A stretch of DNA of 64,000 nucleotides from a virus (Duplodnaviria; Caudoviricetes): the IMG/VR virus record IMGVR_UViG_2974731955_000001, positions 34,827 to 98,826 of that record; one strand, given 5' to 3'. Below, in pieces: positions 29,801 through 42,900 of this stretch; positions within the stretch are counted from its first letter, which is position 1; each line of letters starts with the position of its first letter. Position numbers and translations under genes: made by a program. A model generated the notes under the pieces. It was not told where the DNA came from, ran no database searches, and was given only the letters and a program-made list of their open reading frames with translations.

Positions 29801-30996
29801 TCTCCAAATCCTAACTTTTCGGCTAACTTTTTTTGATGTTCCAAGTAATCTTGATAGTGTTGACCGTAATTTAAGTCTCTTGTTATAAAGCCTGTTTTAT
29901 GACCATCTTTATTTTTTTCATGCATATAAGCTAACTTAGATTTATCTACATGTGATAGTATTTCTACAAGCTCTTTACCTACTTCTAGTTCTTTTTCAGC
30001 AACATTATTTTTAGTATTAACTATCTTGTTAAGAATTATACGTACTAACTCACTATTAGAATATTGTGTATTACCTGCCCACTGATCCCATAGATTTATA
30101 TCCACATCACCTTCATCTAATATTTTTTTAAGATGATCTATAGTAAATGAACCGGCTTTGGTTGCTTCTCTAATAAAATTATCTTTAGCAACAATGTCTG
30201 CTAAATTGTTATAGTTTCTTACTAATTCATAGTAGTCACCTACAGTCCTTTTTAAGTTTTGTTTTGTATCCTCAACTAATTGAGGATCATTTAAATAGTC
30301 AAACGTAGATTCATCATCCAACATGTTCTGGATATTAGTAGCAATGTTACCATAAAAACCAATATAACCTTTCTTTATCATATCTAATTCTGCAGAAGTT
30401 ATATCTAGCGGGTTATTGTACTTTTGGTTTTCATTTACTTTGGTTTGTAAAGCCTTTACTTCATTTAATGCAGATATTACATCACTTGCCATATAATCTA
30501 CAAATTCAAAAGTAGCTTGATCGTTTTCCAATTGATTTAATTTAAATTCCAATGCTCTTAGTTCATCTACTTTCTTACTGTCACTATATTTTGCATATTG
30601 AATATCTTTTATTCGCCTTGACAAAGCTTGAATAAGTTTATTATACGTTTCGTGTATTTTTTTTGGAACGTATGATGGATTATTTATTTTATCTGAATTA
30701 TTTAATAACACATCTATAGATACTTCTCCATCATTATTTAATACAATGTTTCTTATCTGTCTAAATTGTGCAGAATATATTAATGACTTTGTTCGTATAG
30801 CTTCTTTCTTATTACCATTAAAATGATTAACTAAATCTGAAAATAGCTTAGATGGCTCCCCATTGGGAGCCTTATCTAAACCATAACCATTGTTTTCTGA
30901 TAACACATAATATGCAGCATTTTCATTACCCAATATCTTTGTATATTTCTTGAGTAAAGCTGCAACCTCTTTATTTTTAATATTTAAACACTGCAT
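26836..30996 (-). CDS. Large virion cargo / ejected protein
   Basis: 1386-aa helical protein downstream of the virion RNAP, the usual crAss-like arrangement. Confidence 0.7.
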   Translation of the reverse strand: MQCLNIKNKEVAALLKKYTKILGNENAAYYVLSENNGYGLDKAPNGEPSKLFSDLVNHFNGNKKEAIRTKSLIYSAQFRQIRNIVLNNDGEVSIDVLLNNSDKINNPSYVPKKIHETYNKLIQALSRRIKDIQYAKYSDSKKVDELRALEFKLNQLENDQATFEFVDYMASDVISALNEVKALQTKVNENQKYNNPLDITSAELDMIKKGYIGFYGNIATNIQNMLDDESTFDYLNDPQLVEDTKQNLKRTVGDYYELVRNYNNLADIVAKDNFIREATKAGSFTIDHLKKILDEGDVDINLWDQWAGNTQYSNSELVRIILNKIVNTKNNVAEKELEVGKELVEILSHVDKSKLAYMHEKNKDGHKTGFITRDLNYGQHYQDYLEHQKKLAEKLGFGDKDIAEVPGLLNPEQLKKWNKANNDWEAKHTIRKFTPEYYELTNSLSEEARSRRDSINMEINLLLSTTVDKNGDYHREDLSDEDYLKLQELETRRRNLANPYYPDGSVKVGLDKEIAIEMREYNEKLREKLHYTPNMEKFNKALQKAKKNLSPEKFAKWEQRNTVDQIIEEFWDDIKTLSSNANKSDDQILYETARKNMLRLYTREDGKVDVDSMPDQVKSWINTYDELISEESLKTRDKSKKSKVMDIAEWEVNPRFYEELERVEKLGQAEYNAWVSINARYDYEGNLVPASFWKKLVPKKELRSKYMRKVPNRSWSEIDKESPFYDKRFTKYADRGETRIPNPELYDNSANYRKITSDSNLKKLYDKLVDVMELSNSKIQFLKYENKYRLPQIEGGAWTQIRSKDNILKGLAYAIEDTYTVKDDDNAYMLENAKRSDGSLVKLIPTRYIKMLSNPDALTNDIVGSVIAYYKMAENYEQMSEIAPELEVALDFVSRTDFTDKKGGRIQGLESKTYDKLKSVLDQLVYGMEKNALELDVPLPKGKHVTVSVGKLAANLAAYTRIQGIAQNMNVILTGLITNKIQNRLEAISGIYFGNKELAQATKLIIPSYANAIKNIGHSNNKDKVLCYMEYLGVVRENAQTFSKLNQSRFLRALNQHFWYFGHEMSDYVTKGKMALAIGLYYKYDPESGKFLNKNEFLRRFKSKKEGNAKWNTLSVTFYDAFEVKNNKLVIKPEYAKSLDEATINKVRNTAKQVGTRIDTQLTDLDRSKLHATVIGQLLLIFRNFILVNLQTKFLTKRQFNYSTGMWSEAQVPAAVKYVYRHYFNQNKIDQLKELYQNHYDELDDFEKGCLKRVTYEVLFSTVGFMIISSLVRAMADDDKRNWWKQEAAYLTLRASLETRGNILPIEVINLLNTPTAAWSTLQYWGDLITMMLNDPTQEIKKGPYKGMNRFQRSLIKATPLRSIWEAQDPRSKMEYYDNVISIFNF

Positions 30997-30998
30997 AA

Positions 30999-33900
30999 TT
31001 ATTCACATTCTTTTCTACGTTGTTTACCATTTGCTGTTAACTCATCAATTGAATCCTGTAAAGATGCTTTTATTGCTTGTTCTTCTGTAGCTGGTTCAAA
31101 TTCTATATCATCTAATAAATCCTCTTCAGCTATTTCGTTTCTCATAGAAACTTTCTTTTTATTTTCAGCTTCTGAATTTATTATAACAAAGTTTTTAGCA
31201 CGTGACACAGCTACATATCTCAACTCGTTTCTTAATTGCATTGCATCTTTACCATAACCAAACGTATCAATTTCATTAGAGAGTATTAAAACTTTACTGT
31301 ATGTACTATCTTGCGATTTCCAAACAGTTTGTGCATATCCATAATCAATTGCTTTCCTAATTTTTAATCTACCTTGATTGTCTTTTAAATTTTTGGTAAT
31401 ATTCAATTCATTATCTACACTGTATGCCATTTGATTTAAATCTCTAGACCTAGATATTTGTCCATTTTGTTTGGCTTCTTTAGCCATTTTAAACAATCTA
31501 TCTTTATATTCTACTATTTCAAATATCTTAGAATCTGGTTCATTTTTATCAATTACAGTAAGTTGAAAATCGTTCATGATAGTACCGCCAACAGGTCTAA
31601 TTGATAGATTAAACGCTTTAAATTCTATTGTACCTTTATCTGTTCTAAATTTTACAGTAGTATCTCTAACATTCTGTACTATATAATCCATAGAATTTAT
31701 TAATCTATAAGACCCATCTGGTTTTCTAAGTTTGTTTGAGTACCCCATTAGAATGTCGCCTTTTACAAAGGGCTTAGCAAATTTTCCATATCTTAAAGAT
31801 CTAATCTTTGAATTATATGTAGCTGCTGCAGCATTTGTAGCAGTAATAACTCTAAAATGCAAAGGATCAGCATTAAACTCTTCAGAAGATATAATTTGTT
31901 TTAAGTTTTCATTTATAACTGTATCATTAGAAGTATACAACACCCCTTGACCTTTATCATTTATATCAGTTTGGTAACTCAATCCTTCACCTCGTCTAAG
32001 TCTGGTGGCTTCTTTTAAAATAGGATTATCACCCGTTCTTTCTACTTTGGTTAAAGTTATTTGAGGTACGCCATCAGATGTGAATACTTTAGAAATATGA
32101 TTTGATTTTACAGGTCTTAATTGTGCAGAATCTCCAACATATATTACACTACCATTATATTTGGCTATAATTTCTTGAACGTATTCATACAAACCATCTT
32201 GTACCATTGAAGCTTCATCAATGATAATTAATTGACCTGCTTCATATTTCATTTGATTCTTAGCTCTGAATTTCAAATCATTTAAATCTAATGATTCATG
32301 TTCCATTGCTTCATCCGTATCTGGAGTAAACCCAAATAGAGCAGAAAGCGTATATACATTAGCATTAGGATTGTTTTGTTTAGTTATAACATTTGCTCTA
32401 TGAATAGGAGCAGTATATACAATGTTGCCTCTACCAATTCTGTGATCTAACCACTTACTAAATATACCAATGATAGTAGATTTACCTGTACCAGCATAAC
32501 CAGATAAAGTAATTTCAGTTCCATAGTCTTCAATGAACTTCTCTAGTTCATATAGAGCTGATTTCTGTTGATCATTTAATGAGAATGGTAAATTGATCTT
32601 AAACCCATCATTAAATGTAAATACGTACTCTTCTTCTACTTTCTTAGCTTCTTCAACTGCTTTTGGTAAGTCTTTTGCAAGTGAAGCAGCTTCATCAGTA
32701 AAACCAAATTGATTAGCATAATCTAAGAATTCATTAGTGGTATCTTTTTCTTTCTGAACTTCTGTAGACCAACCTTCTTTTTGAGACCATGCTTCTGCAA
32801 GGTTTGTAGATGCATTCAGTTGTACTGGAGACTGTTCATCGGCTTTAGATTCTCTAGTAATAGAAATTAGTTCATTGAATTCTTGTTCAAATACAATGTT
32901 ATTGGGAATTGGTTCACTACTAAACATGTCTGCCATTTCTTGATTTGAATAAGCATTTAAATTTGTTCCCTTACCAGAGTAAGCTACTAAGAACTCTTTA
33001 TCTGGATTCTCTCTAGCATACTCATACAAATTATGAATTTGTTCTTTGATTTGTTCCGGAGTTCTAGAAGGATGCGTATTCTTAGTCAAATCTTTAGTAA
33101 TTATTGCATAGGATTGTCCTTGTGGCCCTTCTGCTTGACCATATATTGCACCAAATTTATTTTTAGCAGTTAACGCTGCACCTTTACCATGTTTACCTTG
33201 CGTATTGCTACCAAATACAAATACTTGATTTGGAGCAAGATTCTGGATCATACCAGAATAAGTCTTTCGCTGAATAGCACTAGGTTTACTGTATTCAAAA
33301 TTATCCAGATATTGTTGATATGCCGCTTCTGCATCAGCTTCACCTTTTTGAGTTTGATAGTCTTTAACCCATTCTTGATAAGATAATGGTTCAGTTGCTT
33401 GTTGAGTTTTAACCGTTTGCTGTATATTAGCAAACATGTCTGTGTTAAATTCACCAGCTTGATTAAATGCCTTTGCTTGTAAGCTAGCTTTTACCGGAGT
33501 AAGATCAGTAACCCAAGTTATTGGTTCTTCTGGCATAATTTCATAACCCTTTGGTACAACATTATTGTACTTTAAAACTGATTTACTACGACCATTTTCT
33601 ATTAATACATTGCCTCTATATGCAATTCCCTTTTTATTAATTAATCGATATACTGGAGCTTCATCTTCATTAATACCTATATATTCATATAAGAATGTTG
33701 TTCTAGGATCATTATTTCTATCTAATTTTACTTTTTTAAATGGTGGATATATAGGTTGATCATTTTGATTGAATGAAATTATAGATTGAGACTTTTTATC
33801 ATATATGATGCCAGGAATTTGTACTTCTACTCCTTTCTTGTTTACTACAGTAAAACCACTATCTTCGTGAGGTAACGCCCTGTATACAGGTCTACCTTCT

Positions 33901-36900
33901 TCTTCAATAGTTTCTCTACTAGAATCTAATACGTAATAATCAATAGTAGGAACTACGTGGTCGTTCCACCACAAGTCTTTTATTACTTGGAATACTTTAA
34001 TATCTTTAACTGCATCATCAGGATTTCGTTCTAAATCTCTAATGTAATCAAAATAACCTATTTCCTCTCTGATTGAATTAGGTACATATCTAAAGATATT
34101 ATTCTTACCAAATGCATCACCAGAAGTATAGAAAGCATACAATGCAAGATCTTTTGCAAAATCTCTTATTTCCTGATAATCACTATCCCACAATTCCTCC
34201 CAAGCTCTAATGATCTCATTTTCCAAGTTATTATCACCACTCTTGTTTGGTTTGTAAGCAATAAAATCAGGACCATTTAATTCAGTTGTATCTTCCTTTG
34301 GTCTACTAAAGATGTTATTAATAAGTACATTTTCAAATGAACCATCACTACTTAATAAATCTGGATATTTGCCACTTCTTACATCAGATTTAATTCTATC
34401 CAATCTCTTAGAGATACTATTTGGACCACCTAACAAACTACTGAGCTTTATTCCATTTTCAGCTAAATACTTATTAAAGAAACCAGCTTTATACGTAGCT
34501 TCCATACTTCTGGTAATATTATTAATGTACGTATCATCACTAATTGCATAACCCTTAGTATAGAATTCTATTAATATTCTTAAGTTTTCAAATTCTGGAG
34601 TAAGTCTAATCATTGTGTTTTGGAAGGCAATTCTAGGGAATATTAATGCATCTTGCATTTTCTTACCTAAGAATGTATTTGAGAATACCTTTATAGGATC
34701 TTCAAATACTTGTTGCTCTACCATGAATTGTTTCCATTTATCCAAGAATGCACTTTGTAAACCAAAATTATTACCAAAGCGCTTAGTATCAATTTGAGAT
34801 AATGTAGTTAATTCAGACAAAGATCTTGAGAACGGATCAAGTTCTTGATAAGTCTTCATAATAAGCAACTGATTGTAGTACCAATCAAATGTTTCTTCTT
34901 TTTTCAACTGCTTTTTCAAGTAATTGACATCAAACATCTTTTCTCTTTGTTTAACACCTACACCTTTATCATTCAAAAAGTCTAAAAGCTGATCATATTT
35001 ACCTTTAGATAAAGATTTTGCTTTCTCAAAATATGTATTCCAAATAGTTCTATATGCTAGACTTTCAGGATTTTTGTTTTGTGTATCTACATTATAAAAG
35101 CCAGAGTATTTGTCATATTCTATTGCAAAGTCTTTTAATATCTGTTGAGGCAAGAAATAAAATGTACTTTCGCCTTTACCAGATCTAATCAAGAAGTTAG
35201 TCATATTAAATGTTAACTTCCTTACATTCAATCGAATGATGTATGGATCTTTTGCAACGTCCACATGAGCATTGATTAATGCTGATAACCAGTCAAGGAT
35301 ATTAATCTTATTTCTATCATTACTCTGGATACCATACAAATTGCTTATACCATAGTCTCTTAAAATTTTATTTGGTTTAAATCTTAATTTGACCAATTGA
35401 GTAAGAACTTGATGAGCATTTGCTAATGCAAATGGACCAATACCAAATTTACCACCATTCAACTCTGCTTTAGTTCTACTTTGGAATGTTGGAGTAGCAT
35501 AATACAATTGAGATTTACTTGTACGTTTACCTTGACCAGTTATTGTATCTACTTCTTTAAGAATAGTATCTTTTAAGTAATCGGTTACTGTATCCAGTGG
35601 TTGTCTGGCTTCTGCAAAGTTTAATGGATTAGAAATAACTGATATATACATATCAAGAAGCATATTTTCATTTGCTTCCTTTGAATTAGCTTCAAAATCA
35701 GTTTTACCATTATATCTTTCGTAGACTTTACGAACTATGGTTTCATCATCTAAGCCAGCTTCTCTGAGTCTGTTAGTGTAATCTTCTTTAGTCTCAAATT
35801 TGATTCTATTACCATTCTTATCATAATTGTACCTAGCAACAAATAACTTATCAATATCGAAGTCAGAACCAGTAAGAGATGTAAATTCATCAGGTAATGT
35901 GATAGTATCACCAATTTGCTCAGGATACAAATCTACTACTTTAAGAGCTGCAGTTGATGCTTGACCTTGAGCAGGAATACGATAACCCATTGCAAGAGCT
36001 TTAGAATTTGGACCAACAACACCCCGATCTATCAACCACTTTTTAGCTTCACTGAAAGTCTTTTTATCGTAATCTGGAATTATGTGTTTCAATAAGTTGA
36101 TTGAAATAACACAATCCATAGTACCATCAGTGTTTGCAAATCTTAGCTTTCTTTCATTTTGTGCGTCTGAAGTTACAGCAATTCTATTATACAATATTGA
36201 AGACATTTGAATAAACATACCACCTGGTAAGTTAGTATCAACAATTGACTTATTCAACATTGATATAAGACCACTTTCTATCCAAGAGTTATCAGATAAA
36301 CCAGAAATTGGTGCAACAGTTTCACCATTTTCAACATCCAAACCATTAATAACATTGTCATTCATGTTTGAACTTAAAGCTTTGCGTTGCATAATTTCAG
36401 CAAATCTTTGTACACTTACTTGAGGTTTATCTGGAGTAATACCAAAATCTCTTTCTATCTCTCTTCTACCAGCTTCAGTAATGGCATTGTGAGCACCGTT
36501 AAAATTATTAATCAACTCATCACCATTATATACTTTACCATCTGGTGTAGTATATTTCCATGCACTTCTGATGTTACCCATGGCAGCTTTTTGTGCTTGA
36601 GATACAAACATTTGTCTTTCTGCATGGTGAGGATCAGTAATTAACTGACGTCTAAAGTTAGTTAAAGACTGTTTATGAGTAGGCATTGACATTAAACTGT
36701 CCATGTCTATTTCTTTATTAGTCTTATCTTTATAGATTCTTGATTTAACTTCTTTAGCCCTTTGTCCTACTTTTACTGCGGAATCAAAAGCAAGCATATG
36801 GATATTACGTGATTGCATAACTTCCAATACTTTACCCATATCCCCAGTAGAGAAGATACGATGTACAGGGAACATTGCCATCTTATCAAATACTGGTATA

Positions 36901-39900
36901 TCTCTTTTAGCATCTACATCATAGTGATCACCAAAATACATGAATTTCAAAGGTTTCAATGTAACAGCTAATGCTTCGGCATATGTATCCACATCTGCTT
37001 CAAGATCTGCATTTGGATCATTAAGTAAATCAAATGCTTTTGCTACTTGTGGTGTCCATCCATCTACTCTACGTACTAGTTCTTTGTAAAACTCTGGAGA
37101 TATTAGTACTGTGGCATCAGTTTGATTTACTTTACCTTTTGGATTAAGATAACCATCAAATTTATCTCTTACTATAAGATTAGCTGCATCTTCTACATCC
37201 TGAGGTAAAGCTTCAGAACTATCATAAGTTCTAATTGCTTCATCTAATGTCATGTTATGCATTTCCTGAAGTAATCGTATAGCTGCAGATCTTTTAGCGT
37301 ACTCTGCAATTTGATCAGCTTGTCTACTTACTATAATGTTATCCGATAATGTACCTACATTTACTTCAGTAAGGTCTGCCATTGGGTTTCCTTCTTCGTA
37401 GTCTATTCTTGGAGTAACACCGGTGGATAATACTTCACGTAGACGTTTAATTTTATCTACAGGATTTTTGTAGTAGGCTGGATCTTTTATAAAAAGTTTC
37501 TCAAATTCAATTACTGAAGAAATGGTATTAGCAAAATAATTACCAATCATTTCAGCAGCACCAAGATTTTCGCTATAATTAGAAACTGTTGCAGATTTTT
37601 TATAATGTGATGATGCTTCTTCTAATGCCTTCTGTGGTAATGCTAAACTCGTTACACTAGCTATTTTATTACCATCCCATTTAATTATACCTAATTCTTG
37701 TGCATAATTTAACTCATCTTTAAATGCATCCCATAGATAGTTATTCATCAGATTTGCTTTCTCAGCATTACTGAACTTATTCCAATTATTTCTTATTTGA
37801 GAAATAATAGAAGTTCCATATTCATTACCACCAAGATCTTCTGCTAGGTCTAATGCTTCGTTAAAGTTTGAAAAATCTTTTTCAAATTCAATACCATTTA
37901 ATGTAGGTCTTTCTTTCAATTTAAAGAATCCGTTGAAATATCTGAATCTATAACCGTTTCTGTTTCCAGTGTCATAGTTCTTTATTTTTTGTTCTTCAGT
38001 CAAATTCTTCTCATTCTTGTAATTAAATTCAATGGTATCTAATTCAGTTTCAAAGTAATTGATAAATCTTTTAAGAATTTGAGCATCGAACTTTATTTCA
38101 CCATTGCTTACATCAAATGGATTCTTGAAGTTATTTATTGCAGTACCATACAATGTATTATATGTTTGAGAATCACCCATAGTAGGTAAGATAATTCTAC
38201 CTGCTCTAGTGAATGTCATTTTAGCAATATAGTCTTCAAGAGGGGATATTTCTGTATACTTACGTCCTTTATCTGCACTTCCTTGTTCTTTAAAATAAAC
38301 AAGAGTTTCAAACCCTATTTTACCTTTAACGTCTGCATTATTATATAAATTTGTTAACAATACAGAACCCTTGAAGTAATTAGGATTGTCATTATTACCA
38401 GTATTGTATAATACTTTGGTAAGTGCTTCTACTGTTGCTGGGTCATTATCCAATCTTTGAACCATGTCAGACAAATAATTGTGTTCTGATATAGGATACA
38501 ACAATTTACCATCAGTAGATAATACTGATAATTCATCAGAAGAAGGATGCAACATTGCATATGTCTCAGCGAGTCTTCCTAAGAATTTAGAATCAGCATA
38601 ATATTTTGTAATACTTCTATTGTATTGATCAGGAACTACACCACTTTCTTGAATTTTTGCCAAGTCCTTTACTTTGGAATTAAAGAAGAAGTATATACTC
38701 TTATTGGATCTATCTGATAACATTGAAACTAATGCTTCAGTAGGATCTGAATTGTAATATTCCTTAGTAAGGAAAGAATTTAGTGACTCTAAATCAATTT
38801 CTACTCCAACTTTATTAAGTAAATCAACTATCTTGTTCTTAATAGTAATTAACTTCTCTGGTACATACTCTTTATAAGTTTGACCATTTACTAGTTTCTT
38901 GTTAGGTGTAGTTTTGTATTTTTCTACAATCTTTATTATTTTATTGAATTCATTGTTGATTTCTCTAGCTACGAATTCTTCAGACTCACTAACTTTTGCT
39001 TTAAATAAGTTATCAGAAGTATCTAATACACTACTGTTTGTTATTAAATTGTAATTCCAACCCTCTAATATATTTTTAGATACTTTATTTGCATTCTCAT
39101 CTTTAACATACAAGTTAGTTTGTTCATTACCGTTTTCATCTTCAACTTTTTCTGATAAAATACCAACTAACTTGTGTCTAGCTTTACGGAATGTATTTCT
39201 AAACTGAGTTTGTAAATTCTCTCTTGCTATTTTTTGAACTTCGTCCTCTTGAATACCTTTCTTTTGTACATATTCATTCGTAATCTTGTATAATTCATTA
39301 TACAAAGTTTTAAATAATGGTGTTACTTTAGCAAGTTTTGCACTCTTGTTCATCATTCCTTTGAATGTGTTTTCAGAGTGAATTTCATTAATAATTGTAT
39401 TCCAAGATTTATCAAAGTCAACCATTAGAGGTAAGCCTGTAACAGGACTCTTTATTGCAGCAACACCTTGTACTTGAGTCACAGTGCCATCAGGATTTGT
39501 TTTTTGTTTCATGACAAATTCTGTTCTAGGCATTGTTGCAATGAAAATCTTTATAGATGCAAGAGCATTATCTTTAACTGAAACAGCCAATTGTTCTTGA
39601 ATGTAGTTAGCCATCTGATCACCTACATCATTACCAACTGCTTTCTCATCAATCTCTGCATCAATATTTTCCTGCTTATCCACTGCTCTTATTTGATACT
39701 CATTTAATTTATTTATAATTTCTGGTTTAAATACAGTATCAAATGTATTGTATATTTCATTTCTAACTTCCCCTTGCTCCTTAGTAATAGTTCCTTTTTC
39801 AACTAACTTTGCTGTTATTTCTGGTTTTAATGCAGCTTTCAACACTCCGTAATTAAGATTCTGTAAATCATCACGCAATCTTACATTATTTAATGTAAAT

Positions 39901-42900
39901 AAAGCACCTACAAGTGAATTTACAGTTTCTTTAAATTGTGTGTTATTAATGTTTTTAAATTTATGACCTCTTACCTTAAATGGGGCACCTGCACCTTTAT
40001 ATGCAGCAAGAAATTCATTTACAGCATCTGAATTTTGTTTAGATCTATTATAATAACCAGAAGCGATTCTATTAAAAATATTATCGATGCTAGTATCAGT
40101 TCTCCAAACCCATTTACTTATGAAATTCTTAATAGCTTTCCAAGCTCTTTTAAGAAGATTTAATTCAGGATCTACTTTATTCAGCATATACTGCCTAAAG
40201 TCTTCTGCTAAAGCTTCCTCTACTTGTTTATCACTTCCAACAAAACCAGTTCTATTTCTATAGAATTCATAAATTTTCTTTCTTTCCTTTGGAGAAATAG
40301 TTAATAATGATACTCTATGGAATGCTTCATGATACAATGTACCACGTTCTGCACCTTTCCACAGTATGGTAGAATCTTTTCTAACAAGACCCATAGCATA
40401 TTCATTACCACCAAGTGCAATAGCATCTTCAACGATATGTAAAGAATCTTCTGGTAATCCTAATTTATTTCTAAACCATTGAATTTCTTCTGGAGTTACT
40501 ACTTCTGATATATTTCCTGCAACTTTACGAAAAGGTACATCAAAATCTTCATCAATTCCCAAACTCAAAGGATCTATTTCTCCATCATTAGTTATTTCCT
40601 TTATGTAAGAATCATCTTTAGTTGTAACTTCAGAAGTCGTAACATCTTCAGTAACCTCTGTCTGTGGTTCTGGGGTGCTAGGAATATTTGGTAACGAACT
40701 GGCTTTATTTTCAACAGCTTCTTTTACTTCAGGATTATTGATCTTTCTTGGTATCTTTTGAACATCTTCAGCATATGCGAAAGAATCTTTGAACAGTTGA
40801 TCATCTAAATCACTTTTTATTATACCAGCTTTTTCTAATACTCCCATAGTATAAACTGGAGTAGAAGAAACGAAATCATCCTTAGTAAGAGTTATACCTG
40901 GAATAATTTCAATTGAATCAACAGAATTATGATTAAAATAATCATATATTGATGGTAATGCTTCTTTTATAGGTCTAAAGAAATTCTTTCTAGCTACACG
41001 CCAATGGAATCCCATTAAAGCTTCAACTATGTCTTTTTTATCCTGAGTAGATAAATTGCCTATATTGAATGTTTTTTCACCAACTATTAGATTGGAGTTA
41101 TCATCAATATACAATTGCTTTTCTTTTAACCAATCAAATGTTTTATCTGCAGTGGTTACTTTGGTAGCATCTCCAAATCTAACCATAAAGTCAATTAATT
41201 CTCCAGCAATAACTCCTGTATCTCTGTATTCAGAGTTAGTATTAGTGCCATAATTGATTAACAATTCAGCTAAAAACTCAGCTTGATTTCTATCAAATCT
41301 TTGAAGAGTTAATTGTAATGGCAACATTTGATTTGATAAAGTACTAGATTTCGGTGGATAAATAAATAATTGTCCACTACCCCCTTTACCTGGCAACATT
41401 TCACCATTGGCTCCTATTATATCGGAATCTTTTACAATACCATCACTTATACCAAATGTTACATTTTCTGGAGTAATATCAGTAATTTCTGTTGGTACTT
41501 CTAACCCTTTTACTTCATGAATTGGTCTGAACACTGCTCTACCATCTTTTCTAACAACATTAGGTATTCCTTTGGTTCTAACTATTGTGCTAGGTACTAC
41601 AGCTTCATCATTTGTTGCAGACTCTATTGTAGAAATTACTGCATTTCTAAATCTACGTAAATCTGCTATAGATAAATCATTAGCATTATTAATAAGATTA
41701 ATATCCTCTTCTGTAAGCCTTTCTTTAGGTATGCTAGATAATTTTGCTGCTAAGAAAGTTCTAGCTCCAGAAGGAGTTTTCAAAGCCATTGCATAATCGC
41801 CAGTGCCATGATGAATTAACATTATTATAGATGCAGAATCATATGTACTAGGATCATTTTCTTTATATGGTTTATGCCCCTTTTCTGTATAATCTTTATT
41901 TATAACAAACTCACAGAAACTATCATTAAAAAAGTTTGGATCTTTTATTCTCTCTGCTAATTCCTTGCCTGGCTTGGTACCAGGATAAATAGGCGTTGTA
42001 GCATCAGGATTAAAGAACAGTGTATGAGATACCTTATCTTGTACTAATTCTTCCATTTCTAAAGATTCATCCAAATCTCTAGTCTCAGAGTCCATATCTG
42101 CTCTTCTGTTCATTTTAGATTCTGTAGCAATCTTCTTACGGGCCCATTTTACTTGAGATTCTTCAGTTACTTCAGGATTAGAAGTTTCATAAGTTTCAGA
42201 TACTTTTTTATCATCCTCGTCTGAAACAGCTTCAGAATTTGCAAGATCTATCAGAGCTTTTTCATCAGCTCGCTCAAATTCTATTTCATCCTCTTCGTCT
42301 TCTTGAGTTTCAACAACTGGTTTAGGCTCAGGTTTAGGTTTCCTCTCAGTATCTTCTTGTTTTTTTTCTTTTACTTTGGCTAAGGTATCTTCAAACTCCT
42401 TACTTAACTCTTCTAATCCTTTAGTAGGAAATTCTTCATCTTCTTTTACTTCCTTCTCTGCTACTGGTATTTTAGTATCAATGTCAGAAGTAGCCCTGTC
42501 ATCCATAATAGGAGTTTTTGGAGACGTTGCCTTTTCTTGCTCTACTTCAGTAGCTACTTGATTATCTACTTGAGTTTCGTTGTTAGTAATAGGTTGTTGA
42601 TCATCACTTTGATTAGCTGCTTCTCTAGACATTTCTTTTGCAGATTCTGCTTCAACAACATCCTTTGCATTTTCTTCTACTATCTTTGATGATTCATCTG
42701 AATTGTTTATATAATTATCAATTCTTTCTTTTATCTTTTTACCTATCTTCTTTTTTGATTCATTAGAAGCGTTGTTGAAGTTTATAAGTTTACCATCTTC
42801 CAAAGTATTACCGAATATTTCATTCATCTTATGCTCAGCTACCAAAAGGTCATGATTTGCAATCATTGTGTTGACATAACTATCAATACCTTTGTTAACC